In this document: positions 24,034-35,053 of the stretch, piece by piece | Numbering within the stretch: position 1 is the first letter of the stretch | Layout of the letters: every line of letters starts with the position of its first letter | From: an uncultured Chloroflexia bacterium | Lineage (GTDB): Bacteria; Chloroflexota; Limnocylindria; Limnocylindrales; CSP1-4 | Assembly (NCBI GenBank): GCA_963813335.1 | Contig: CAWEYL010000001.1 | Span: 416,001 to 480,000 of the forward strand | Length of the DNA stretch: 64,000 nucleotides | Reading direction: 5' to 3' | Translations under genes and position numbers: made by a program | The notes under the pieces: model-generated | Databases searched by the model: none | What the model saw: the letters and a program-made list of their open reading frames with translations, nothing else | Told to the model about the DNA's origin: nothing

Positions 24034-24519
24034 ATGCCGTTGACCCATCCCCACGTCCCGCCCCATCTCGGCGGGCTCGGCAAGGTCCACCACGTCGCGC
24101 TCGTCGTCCGCTCCATCGAGGACTCGCTGGGCCTGTGGCGCGAGATGCTCGGTCTCGAACTCGAGACCGTGATGGACATCCCGGGCGACCATGTGCGCAT
24201 CGCCTTCCTCGGGGTGGGCGAGTCCAAGGTCGAGCTCGTCGAGCCGACCGATGACACGACCGGCGTGGCGCGCTTCCTGGCATCGAAGGGGGAGGGCTTC
24301 CACCACATCTGCTTCGAGGTCCCCAACCTGGCCGAGACCCTGCTCCGCCTCGAGATCGACGGCATGGAGCTGATCGACAGCGCGCCGCGCCGCGGCGCCG
24401 AGGGTCCCGTCGCCTTCCTCCACCCCCGCGCGTGCCACGGGGTCCTCGTGGAGCTGATCGAGGCACCCGGCGGCCCGTCCTGGGCCAGCCTTGGCTTCAC
24501 CCATGGGAGTGCCCAGTGA
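24034..24519 (+). CDS. mce: Methylmalonyl-CoA epimerase
   Basis: HHVALVV, VELVEP, GEGFHHICFEV, AFLHP..GVLVELIE; follows mutase. Confidence 0.9.
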   Translation: MPLTHPHVPPHLGGLGKVHHVALVVRSIEDSLGLWREMLGLELETVMDIPGDHVRIAFLGVGESKVELVEPTDDTTGVARFLASKGEGFHHICFEVPNLAETLLRLEIDGMELIDSAPRRGAEGPVAFLHPRACHGVLVELIEAPGGPSWASLGFTHGSAQ

Positions 24520-24869
24520 CCGACGACTTCGCGACCGCCATCGACGCCAGCGTGCCGCCCTCCGGTCCAGGCTGCGTCGAGTGCGAGGCCACGGGCGGCT
24601 GGTGGTTCCACCTGCGCCGTTGCGCCAAGTGCGGGCACGTCGGCTGCTGCGACACGTCGCCCTCGCAGCATGCGCGGGGGCACGCCGCCGCGACCGGGCA
24701 CCCGATGGTGCGCACGTACGAGCCCGACGAGGACTGGTTCTACAGCTTCGTGACCGACAACGCGTACGAGGGTCCGGAGCTGCCGCCGCCGCTGCATCAC
24801 CCGCTCGACCAGACGGTGCCCGGGCCCGAGGACCGCGTCCCCGACGACTGGCAGGACCACCTGAACTGA
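24516..24869 (+). CDS. UBP-type zinc finger protein
   Basis: CVEC..WWFHLRRCAKCGHVGCCDTSPSQHA..H. Confidence 0.88.
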   Translation: MTDDFATAIDASVPPSGPGCVECEATGGWWFHLRRCAKCGHVGCCDTSPSQHARGHAAATGHPMVRTYEPDEDWFYSFVTDNAYEGPELPPPLHHPLDQTVPGPEDRVPDDWQDHLN

Positions 24870-24899
24870 GCCAGGCGGGGCGCGACCGGCGCCCCCGGG

Positions 24900-25742
24900 T
24901 CAGCCGCCGGGCTTGCTCGCCCTGAGCGAGAACATCAGCGGCAGCCCGCCGGGGACCTCCGCCGGCAGATACCAGTTCCCGTCCGGGCCTTCGACGAGGA
25001 AGTCGGCCGCCCAGGCGAGGAACGGGTGCTCGACGAGGGTCTCGACGCGCAGGCCGGCATCGATCAACGCGCTGACGACCTCGCCGAGGCCATGACCCCA
25101 ACCGTGCTCGGTCTGCTCGCCGACGTCGGCGTCGGGATCCGCGTAGGACCCCTGCACCGGGAAGACCAGCGGGTCCGGGTGCTCGAAGTACGGGTACGCC
25201 AGGCGCAGCTCGCCGGGCGCCACGCCCTCGTTCTCGAAGGCGTTGAAGACCGGATGGGATTCGGTGATGAAGAAGGTGCCGCCGGGCGCCAGGAAGTGCG
25301 CCACGACCGCGGCCCAGCCGCGGATGTCGGGCAGCCAGCCGAGCACGCCGCGCGACGTGTAGACGACGTCGAAGGTGCCTTCGAGGTTGGCGGGCAGGTC
25401 GTACAGGTTCGAGCAGACGAAACGGGCGTCGGGGAAGCCGAGATCGGCCGCCAGCGCCGTCGCCAGCTCGGTCGCCGCCGGCGAGAAGTCGGCGCCGGTG
25501 ACGCGGGCACCCAGCCGTGCCCATGAGAGCGTGTCGATGCCGAAGTGGCACTGCAGGTGGAGCAGGGTCTTGCCCGCGACATCGCCGACCATCTCGATCT
25601 CGTACGGGCGCAGCCGGACCCCGCCGGCGCGGAAGCCGGCCAGGTCGTAGAAGTCGCCCTCGGCATGGACCCTCGTCCATGCCTCCCAGAGCGAGCGGTT
25701 GGCCGCGAAGGAGGCCTCGTGTGAGGTCGGCTCGCCGCTCAC
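24900..25742 (-). CDS. Class I SAM-dependent methyltransferase
   Basis: LHLQCHFGIDT, GADFS, FDVVYTSRG, LAPGG; GTGA overlap. Confidence 0.9.
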   Translation of the reverse strand: MSGEPTSHEASFAANRSLWEAWTRVHAEGDFYDLAGFRAGGVRLRPYEIEMVGDVAGKTLLHLQCHFGIDTLSWARLGARVTGADFSPAATELATALAADLGFPDARFVCSNLYDLPANLEGTFDVVYTSRGVLGWLPDIRGWAAVVAHFLAPGGTFFITESHPVFNAFENEGVAPGELRLAYPYFEHPDPLVFPVQGSYADPDADVGEQTEHGWGHGLGEVVSALIDAGLRVETLVEHPFLAWAADFLVEGPDGNWYLPAEVPGGLPLMFSLRASKPGG

Positions 25743-26203
25743 CGGAGCGACCACACGAAGAGCACGTCGGTCGACCGGTCGGCGCGCCGGCAGAACGCCA
25801 CGATGCGGCCCGTCAGCTCGCGGATCCAGGGCTTCTCCTCGCGCGGCAGCGGGCCGAGCTCCTCGCCGACGAGCTCGATCCAGCGGCCGGCGATCGCGTC
25901 CAGCGCCGAATCCGGGATGCGCGCCACCGCGTCGATCCAGGACGGGTCGATGCGCTCGATCGTCCGCTCGCCGGCGGCGGCACCGGGGCCGTCGAGCTCG
26001 ATCCGGGCGTCCAGCAGGTCGACCGGCTCGTTGCTGCCGGTCGCGACCCGGGCCGACTCGGCGAACAGGTCCAGCCAGGTCGGGTCGAGCCCGCCGCCGA
26101 GCGAGAGGTGGGCATCGAAGCGCGACTCTGCGCGCTCGAGGTCCGGCTCGTCGAGCCCGAAGACGAGGAGGATCTCGCGGGCATCGCCGGCGACGAGGTC
26201 CAT
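25739..26203 (-). CDS. Hypothetical protein
   Basis: GC3-rich frame from MDLVAGDARE; coupled to methyltransferase. Confidence 0.7.
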   Translation of the reverse strand: MDLVAGDAREILLVFGLDEPDLERAESRFDAHLSLGGGLDPTWLDLFAESARVATGSNEPVDLLDARIELDGPGAAAGERTIERIDPSWIDAVARIPDSALDAIAGRWIELVGEELGPLPREEKPWIRELTGRIVAFCRRADRSTDVLFVWSLR

Positions 26204-26249
26204 GCTCGCGCCCATCAGTGGCGGGTCCCTGGCCGCATCCGTCCGACCC

Positions 26250-27130
26250 CTAGCCGCGGTAGCCGGCGTCGCGCAGCAGGCCGGGGAGCTCGGTCGGGGA
26301 GCCGGCCACGCGGAACCCGGCCGCCTCCAGGGCGGCCACCTTGGACGCCGCCGTGCCGGCGCCGCCCGAGATGATCGCGCCGGCATGGCCCATGCGCTTG
26401 CCCTCGGGCGCGGTCCGCCCGGCGATGAAGGCGACCTTGGGGACGTCCTTGAGATGCTCGGCCGCCCACGTCGCCGCCGTCTCCTCGGCCGCGCCGCCGA
26501 TCTCGCCGATGAGCACGATCGCGTCGGTCTCCTCATCGGCCGCGAAGAGCTGCAGGATGTCGAGGAAGGTCGTGCCGATGATCGGGTCGCCGCCGATCCC
26601 GACGCAGGTCGACTGGCCGAGCCCCGCGTCGGTCATCGCCTGGACGGCCTCGTAGGTGAGCGTCCCCGAGCGCGACACCACGCCGACGCGCCCCTCGCGG
26701 TGGATGGACGCCGGGATGATCCCGACCTTGGCCCGTCCCGGGGACGTGGCGCCCGGGCAGTTCGGGCCGATGAGCCGGGCGCCGGCCGCCCGGACCATCT
26801 CGACCGCCGGGATCATGTCCAGCGCGGGGATGCCTTCGGTGATGCAGAAGATCGTCCCGATGCCGGCTGCGGCCGCCTCCATGATCGCGTCCGGCGCACC
26901 GGCGGCCGGCACGAAGATCAGCGAGGTGTTCGCGCCGGTCTGGGCGACGGCTTCGGCGACGGTGTCGAAGACCGGGACGGTGCCGTCGAGGGCGAGCTGG
27001 CCGCCCTTGCCCGGGGTCATGCCGGCGACGACGTTGGTGCCGTAGGCCACCAACGCGCGGGTGTGGAACTCGCCCTCACGCCCGGTGATGCCCTGGACCA
27101 GGAGCCGGGTCTCCCGCCCGATCAGGATGC

Positions 27131-27134
<4 letters not shown>
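26250..27134 (-). CDS. sucD: Succinyl-CoA synthetase alpha subunit
   Basis: [32 protein letters not shown]. Confidence 0.97.
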
Positions 27135-28307
<1,173 letters not shown>

Positions 28308-28430
28308 GGGCGGCGACGGCCTCCGGCGGTGGGCGGGCGGGAGGTCGATGGTACCGCGTTCGACCCTCTCCGGCGACCCGCCGGCCTGGGCCGCCGGCGG
28401 CGACGTCCGTCGCGTCGCTACAATCGGGCC

Positions 28431-29462
28431 ATGGCCCATCGAGTCACGCTGATCCCCGGCGACGGCATCGGGCCGGAGCTGGCGGAGGCGACCACCCGCG
28501 TCCTCGAGGCGACCGGGATCGGGTTCGACTGGGAGCGGGTCGAGGCCGGCGAGGCCGCCATCGCGACCTACGGGACGCCGCTCCCGGACGAGGTCCTCGA
28601 CGTCGATCCGGCCGCACCAAGGTCGCCCTCAAGGGGCCGATCACGACGCCGGTCGGCGGCGGGTTCCGGAGCGTCAACGTCGGCCTGCGCCAGGCGCTCG
28701 GGCTGTACGCGAACCTGCGCCCGGCGCGCTCGATGATGGGCGTCGAGTACGCGCTACTCGGACATCGACCTCGATCATCGTCCGCGAGAACACCGAGGAC
28801 CTCTACGCCGGCATCGAGCACATGGTCGGCCGCGACGCTGCGGAGAGCATCAAGATCATCACCCGCGAGGCGTCCGAGCGGATCGCGCGGTTCGCGTTCG
28901 AGTACGCGGTGGCGAACGGCCGGCACAAGGTCACGGCCGTCCACAAGGCCAACATCATGAAGCTGTCCGACGGCCTCTTCCTCGAGAGCTGTCGGACCGT
29001 GGCGGCCGCCTACGAGGGCCGCATCGAGTTCGAGGACCGCATCGTCGACAACATGTGCATGCAGCTCGTCCAGAAGCCGGAGCTGTACGACGTGCTGGTC
29101 CTGCCGAACCTCTACGGCGACATCGTGAGCGACCTGGCCGCCGGACTGGTCGGCGGCCTCGGCGTCGCGCCCGGTGCCAACATCGGCACCGAGGCGGCGG
29201 TCTTCGAGCCGGTCCACGGCTCGGCGCCCAAGTACGCCGGCCAGAACAAGGCCAACCCGACCGCGCTCATCCGTCAGCGGCGCGCTGATGCTCCGCCACC
29301 TCGGCTACCCCGAGGCCGCCGCCGACGTCGAGCGGGCGGTCCGCGAGGTCATCGCCGAGGGCCGAACGGCCACGACGTACGACCTCGGTGGGCCGGCCGG
29401 CACGAGCCAGTTCGCCGACGCGGTGATCGCCCGCCTGGCCGACCATCGGGATCGCCGGGTGA
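28431..29462 (+). CDS. icd: Isocitrate/isopropylmalate dehydrogenase family, probably NAD-IDH (several frameshifts)
   Basis: [54 protein letters not shown] spread over three frames. Confidence 0.85.
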
Positions 29463-30279
29463 CGAGCTGGCCGGCGAGCCTGCGGACCGGCCGCCCACCG
29501 CGGAAGCCGGTCGGGACCGCGCCACAGGGCTTCGGCCGGACCGCCCGCCGGGACGCCTGGTGGACCTCGCCCCTCGGCGTGGGGTTCTGGCTCGCGGTCC
29601 TCGTCCTGTACTCCGTGTTCAGCGCGCTGGTCTGGACGCCCGGTCTTCGGCGCGCCGAACGAGGCCGACGGCTACCTGTCGCCGTTCTTCTTCCCGCTGT
29701 TCCGGGACCTCGGCCTGCCGCTCGGCATCTCGCCGGCGATCCTGATCCTGTGGATCCCGATCGGCTTCCGGGTCACCTGCTACTACTTCCGGCGCGCCTA
29801 CTACCGGACCTACCTGGCCGATCCGCCCGCCTGCGCGGTGGGGGAGCCGCGCATCCATCGGCGCTACCGGATGGAGGCGGCGCTGCCCGTTCATCCTCCA
29901 GAACCTCCACCGCTTCTTCCTGTACCTCGCGGTCCTCCTCCTGGCGATCCACTGGGTCGAGGTCGTGGTCGAGCTTCGCGGGACCGGGCGGACCGCGGCT
30001 CGGGCTCGGCAGCGTGATCCTGCTCGTCGACATCATCGCTCCTGAGCGCGCTACGTGTTCGGTGCCACTCGATGCGCCACCTCGTGGGCGGGCGGCTCGA
30101 CTGCTTCTCGTGCACGCGCTCGAACCGGACGCGCCACTCCATCTGGCTGCGCCTGAGCGGCCTGAATGCGCACCACATGGTGTTCGCGTGGGCCAGCCTG
30201 CATCTCCATCGTGGTCGCGGACATGTACATCCACGCCCTCGGTCTCGGGCTGATCGCCGACCCGGCCATCCGGTTCTAG
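29459..30279 (+). CDS. Succinate dehydrogenase membrane anchor, mycobacterial Sdh1 (Rv0249c)-like (several frameshifts)
   Basis: [68 protein letters not shown] across frames. Confidence 0.78.
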
Positions 30280-30293
30280 GCCGGCCCTGACCG

Positions 30294-32122
30294 ATGGCGG
30301 ACCCGAACCTCCCCCAGACGCGGCCGCACGACGTCCTGGTCATCGGGGCCGGCGGCGCCGGGCTGCGCGCCGCCATCGAGGCGAAGGCGGCCGGGGCCGA
30401 CGTCGGCCTCGTCTGCAAGTCGCTGCTCGGCAAGGCCCACACGGTGATGGCCGAGGGCGGGATCGCCGCGGCCCTCGGCCACGTCGATGCCGCCGATTCG
30501 TGGCAGGTCCACTTCCGCGACACGATGGTCGGCGGCAAGCTACCTGAACAACCCGCGCATGGCCGAGCTCCACGCCACGGAGGCGCCGGACCGGGTCCGC
30601 GAGCTGGAGGCTTGGGGCGCGGTCTTCGACCGGACCCGCGACGGGCGCATCCTGCAGCGCCCGTTCGGCGGGCACACGCATCCGCGCCTCGCGCACGTCG
30701 GCGACCGGACCGGGCTCGAGATGATCCGCACGCTCCAGGACCGGGCCGTGGCGATGGGCATCACGGTCTACATGGAGTGCACGATCACCACGGCTCGACC
30801 ACGAGCGTGACGGGCGTGACCGGCGCCGTCGGCTACTGGCGGACGACCGGTCGGCCGATCGTCTTCCCGGCCAAGGCCGTCGTCCTCGCCACGGGCGGTA
30901 TCGGGCAGTCGTACGAGGTGACCTCGAACTCGTGGGAGTACAGCGGTGACGGCCAGGCGCTCGCCTACGCGGCCGGCGCCGAGCTGATCGACATGGAGTT
31001 CGTCCAGTTCCACCCGACCGGCATGGTCTGGCCGCCCGGCGTGCGCGGCCTGCTGGTGACCGAGGCGGTGCGCGGCGAGGGCGGGATCCTGCGCAACAGC
31101 CAGGGCGAGCGGTTCATGTGGAGGTACCTGCCAGAGGATCGCCGCGCGGAGTACGCGGCGACCGACGAGGAGGCCGCGCGCTGGGTGACGGCGGTGTCGC
31201 AGGGACGCCCGACCGAGGACCGCCGTCCGCCCGAGCTGTCCACGCGCGACAACGTGGCCCGGGCCATCTACACCGAGGTCAAGGAGGGCCGCGGCTCGCC
31301 GCACGGTGGCGTCTTCCTCGACATCAGCTACCTGCCCGCCGACCATGTCCGGCGCAAGCTGCCCTCCATGTACGAGCAGTTCAAGGAGCTCGCCGACGTG
31401 GACATCACGGCGGGACCGATGGAGGTCGGGCCCGACGACGCACTACGTCATGGGCGGCATCCGCGTCGATGCCGACACGGGGGCGACGACCGTCCCGGGC
31501 CTCTTCGCCGCCGGCGAGGTCACCGGCGGCATGCACGGCGCCAACCGCCTCGGCGGCAACTCGCTCTCGGACCTGCTGGTCTTCGGCGCGCGGACCGGGC
31601 GGGCGGCCGGGGACCATGCGCTCGCCGCCGGCGCCGACCCCCACGTGGATCCGCTCGAGGTCAGGGAGGCGATGCGCGCGCTCGATGCGCCGATCGAGCG
31701 GCGTGAGGGCGAGGACCCGTACGCGATCCAGCGCGATCTGCAGGGCATGATGCAGCGCCTGGTCGGGATCTTCCGCGAGGACGGCGGACCTCGCCGAGGC
31801 CATCCACCAGCTCGATGGACTGCGGACACGACTCGCCGGCGTCCGCGTCGTCGGCGACCGCGACGTACAACCCGGGCTGGAATCTCGTCTTCGAGCTGCG
31901 ACCACCTGCTGACGGTCTCGGAGGCGATCGCGCGGAGCGCCCGGCAGCGCACCGAGAGCCGCGGCGCCCACGCCCGCCTCGACTTCCCGAATCCCGACGA
32001 TGCCACGTGGGGCCACGTCAACAGCGTCGTCTCACGCGCGCCGGATGGCTCGATGGCGGTCGGGACGCGGCCGTTGCTCGCGATGTCCGACGAGCTGCGA
32101 TGCCCTGCTGGGCGCGCACTGA
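30294..32122 (+). CDS. sdhA: Succinate dehydrogenase/fumarate reductase flavoprotein (several frameshifts)
   Basis: IGAGGAG, KAHTVMAEGG, QFHPTG, TEAVRGEG, HYVMGG, HGANRLGGNSL, ESRGAH. Confidence 0.9.
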
Positions 32123-32135
32123 TGGGAGGTCGGCG

Positions 32136-32987
32136 ATGGCTGAGGCCCACCTGCGGGTCTTCCGCGGGACGAAGGCGTCGGAGGGTCGCTTCGAGGAGTT
32201 CGACGTCCCGGTCGAGGAGGGGATGGTCGTCCTCGATGCCATCCACTGGATCCAGGGACACGAGGCGCCCGACCTGGCGGTCCGCTGGAACTGCAAGGCC
32301 GCGAAGTGCGGCTCGTGCAGCGCCGAGGTCGACGGCCGGCCCAGCCTGATGTGCAAGACGCGCCTGTCCGACTTCGACCTCGAGCAGCCGATCACCGTCG
32401 AGCCGATGCGCGCGTTCCCGCTCATCCGCGACCTCGTGACCGACGTCTCCTGGAACTACGAGGTCAACAAGACCATCGAGCCGTTCACGCCGCCCGCCGA
32501 CAAGCCGCAGGAGGACTGGCGCTGGCAGCAGGAGGACATCGAGCGGGTCCAGGAATACCGCAAGTGCATCGAGTGCTTCCTGTGCCAGGACGTGTGCCAC
32601 GTGCTGCGCAACCACGAGACCGAGAAGCCGTTCATGGGGCCGCGCTTCCTCGTCCGGACGGCCGGCCTCGAGATGCACCCGATCGACGTGGCCGACCGGC
32701 GGCCGTACCTCAAGGAGGCCGGCGGGATCGGCTACTGCAACATCACCAAGTGCTGCACCGACGTCTGCCCGGAGCACATCCGGATCACCGACAACGCGAT
32801 CATCCCGCTCAAGGAACGGGTCGCCGACGAGTACTACGACCCGCTGCGGATGGCGTGGCGATTCCTGCGCCGGGGATCGTCGTCGGCCGCCGGGACGGAG
32901 CTCCCGGTGCTGCCATCCGGACCGGGCGGGAGCGATGCGCCAGATCCGGGCCCGCCCGACGATGGCGCGGGCGGAGGACCCGCCTGA
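32136..32987 (+). CDS. sdhB: Succinate dehydrogenase iron-sulfur subunit
   Basis: CKAAKCGSC..C, CIECFLCQDVC, CNITKCCTDVCP; GGAGG SD. Confidence 0.94.
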   Translation: MAEAHLRVFRGTKASEGRFEEFDVPVEEGMVVLDAIHWIQGHEAPDLAVRWNCKAAKCGSCSAEVDGRPSLMCKTRLSDFDLEQPITVEPMRAFPLIRDLVTDVSWNYEVNKTIEPFTPPADKPQEDWRWQQEDIERVQEYRKCIECFLCQDVCHVLRNHETEKPFMGPRFLVRTAGLEMHPIDVADRRPYLKEAGGIGYCNITKCCTDVCPEHIRITDNAIIPLKERVADEYYDPLRMAWRFLRRGSSSAAGTELPVLPSGPGGSDAPDPGPPDDGAGGGPA

Positions 32988-33049
32988 CGGCCCGCGACCG
33001 CGGCGACGTCCCGGACGGGCCGCCGACCCTCTGGACGGACGGCGAGACC

Positions 33050-33589
33050 GTGGAGCGGCCAGCGACCGCGGCGGCCGCGGCCGAGGCGCCGACCGCAGCG
33101 GAGGCCCCGGCCGACGCTGGCGGCCCAGCGCTCCGCCTCCTGATCCGGACCGACGGCGCCGCCCGCGGCAACCCCGGACCCGCCTCGTCCGGGGCGGCGC
33201 TCTACGACCTCGCCCGCCCGGATGCACGGAACGACAAGGCCGACCCGGATGCGTCGATCTCGGCGTATCTCGGGATCCAGACCAACAACGTGGCCGAGTA
33301 CACGGGGGTCGTCCGCGCGCTCGAGCTCGCCCGCGACCTCGGCGCCCGCGAGGTCCATCTCCTCCTCGATTCGAAGCTCATCGTCGAGCAGCTCACTGGT
33401 CGCTGGCGGGTCAAGGACGCGAAGCTGCTCCCGCTCTGGTCGGCGGCCCGCAAGACCCTCGCCGGCTTCGACCGCTGGACCGCGGCGCACGTGCCGCGCG
33501 CGCAGAACTCCGTGGCCGACCGGCTCGCCAACGAGGCGATCGACCGGGCGCAGGCCGGGGGGCCGGCCACGGTCGTGCGACGGCCGTGA
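33050..33589 (+). CDS. rnhA: Ribonuclease HI family protein (start uncertain)
   Basis: TDGAARGNPG, TNNVAEY, DSKL, HVPRAQN..AD.LAN. Confidence 0.9.
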   Translation: MERPATAAAAAEAPTAAEAPADAGGPALRLLIRTDGAARGNPGPASSGAALYDLARPDARNDKADPDASISAYLGIQTNNVAEYTGVVRALELARDLGAREVHLLLDSKLIVEQLTGRWRVKDAKLLPLWSAARKTLAGFDRWTAAHVPRAQNSVADRLANEAIDRAQAGGPATVVRRP

Positions 33590-33654
33590 ACGCGCGCCGA
33601 GGCGCTGGCGTCCCTCCACGGAACCGCACGTCCGTCGACGCCGTCAGGCCAGCC

Positions 33655-34113
33655 GTGAGGACCCTCGTCGCACCGGTCGTGCTCGTCGCTCTCGTCGCCG
33701 CCCTCGTCGCCGCGTGCGGCGGGTCCGGTGCATCGTCGAGCCCGTCGGTCGCCGGCTGGCCCGCCACGCTGGTCGGGACGAACTGGGGCGTGGTCTCGGT
33801 CGCGGGCCAGGCGTCGGTGCCGGCCCACACGCCGTTCATCGGGTTCACCGCCGACCGGGCGCAGGGCACCGGGGGCTGCAACTCGTTCGGCGGTCCGTAC
33901 ACCTACGACCCGGCGTCCGGCAAGCTCACCTTCGGTCAGCTGATGATGACGCTGATGGCCTGCCAGGGCCCCCAAGGCGATTTCGAGACCGTCTTCTTCG
34001 CGGCGCTCCAGGATCCGCAGCAGGTCACCCAGACCGCCGACAACCTCTTCTTCGACGGCCCCAAAGGCCGGATCGTCCTCGCGCCGGCAGCCCGGGATAC
34101 CGGCGGCGGGTAG
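33655..34113 (+). CDS. META-domain lipoprotein (alternative start 33586)
   Basis: Lipobox LVAAC, GTGGCNSFGG.Y, TLMAC. Confidence 0.85.
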   Translation: MRTLVAPVVLVALVAALVAACGGSGASSSPSVAGWPATLVGTNWGVVSVAGQASVPAHTPFIGFTADRAQGTGGCNSFGGPYTYDPASGKLTFGQLMMTLMACQGPQGDFETVFFAALQDPQQVTQTADNLFFDGPKGRIVLAPAARDTGGG

Positions 34114-34121
34114 GATGGCCT

Positions 34122-34500
34122 CGTCAGCGAGGCGGTCGGATGGTCGCGCGGCGGCGGGGCGACCCGCTCGTCGTGAGGAAAGTCCGAGCTCCTCAGCGCA
34201 GGGTGGCGGGTAACGCCCGTCCGTCGCGAGACGAGGACCAGTGCCACAGTGACGATGCCGACGGCGGCCCTCGGGTCGCCGACGGAGTGAAACGCGGCAA
34301 ACTCCACCCGGAGCAAGGCCAAATAGGAGGGCGCAACCCGACGGCGGGCGACCGTCGCCGGGGGAGAGGTGCGCTGCCCAGCCCTCGGGTCGGCCGCATG
34401 AGCCGGTAGGTAACCGCCGGCCCCAGATGGATGGCCATCCCCGGCCGGCGCTTCGGCGCCGATCGGGACAGAACTCGGCTTACAGACCGCCTCGCTGACG
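34122..34500 (+). ncRNA. rnpB: RNase P RNA
   Basis: GAGGAAAGTCCGAGCT, AGTGCCACAG, GGAGCAAGGCCAAATAGG, ACAGAACTCGGCTTAC; 16-bp P1 34122-34137/34485-34500; TAGGAT -10 at 34111. Confidence 0.96.
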
Positions 34501-34540
34501 CTCCACCACCTCTGTTCCGAGGCTTCCAATGGACGGCATC

Positions 34541-34665
34541 ACTGAAGGCCGGGTGGCGAGCGCGGCGCAAGGCGAAGGCGAGCACGAGAGCGAGCGCACC
34601 TAGAGGTGCGTGAGCGAACGCGCACAGCCGACAACGCGGCGACGAGCCGCTAGACGGCCTTCAGT
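34541..34665. repeat. 125-bp element with 11-bp terminal inverted repeats (MITE/REP-like)
   Basis: ACTGAAGGCCG ... CGGCCTTCAGT with central GCACC-TAGA-GGTGC palindrome. Confidence 0.5.
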
Positions 34666-34904
34666 CCTCGTCGGGGCGGAAGGTGTGGGGGGCGGTGCAA
34701 CTGTTGCAGATGGGCGTCGCCGCATCGAGGTCGCCGAGGGGGATCGGCACCTTGCGATCGGGATAGAGGCACTCCACGTCGTAGCACCCGCTCGCCGCCT
34801 GCCTCGACCTGGATCAGGCGCCTGAAAGTGCAGCGCCTGATGCGGTGCGGCGCCAGGTGGAAGGCGTCGGGTTGCGGCGGGATGACCGGGAGTGGCAGGG
34901 CCAT
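34661..34904 (-). CDS. Small 4-Cys protein, ~80 aa (+1 frameshift ~34785)
   Basis: Removing one base gives MALPLPVI...RRCTFRR...YDVECLYPD...ICNSCTAPHTFRPDED*. Confidence 0.6.
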
Positions 34905-35053
34905 GACGCGGTGATTCGCCTCGATCCGTGCCGGCCGAACGGGCGTTCGGTCGGTTCTGGCGGCGGAGCCTAGCACCGTCGTCGTTCCTACGGCAAGGCA
35001 CGAAAGGTACTAGACTCCCGGCCGTCCAAGCCACCGACGGTCGAGGAGGGTGC

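Noticed and set aside
12275-24869. Bacterial ubiquitin system from GIDE plus zf-UBP plus rhodanese
   Set aside because: Genes are unlinked; no E1, E2, Ubl, JAB or RING domain seen.
22108-25680. Very long antisense or alternate-frame ORFs (e.g. 1190 aa here, 37018..40419, 59854..62220, 1104..3101)
   Set aside because: Shadow ORFs of real genes in high-GC DNA; R/G/P-rich with no motifs.
29174-30253. Icd-Sdh anchor fusion protein
   Set aside because: One extra base near 29441 explains it; a GTGA stop/start overlap sits at 29459-29462.
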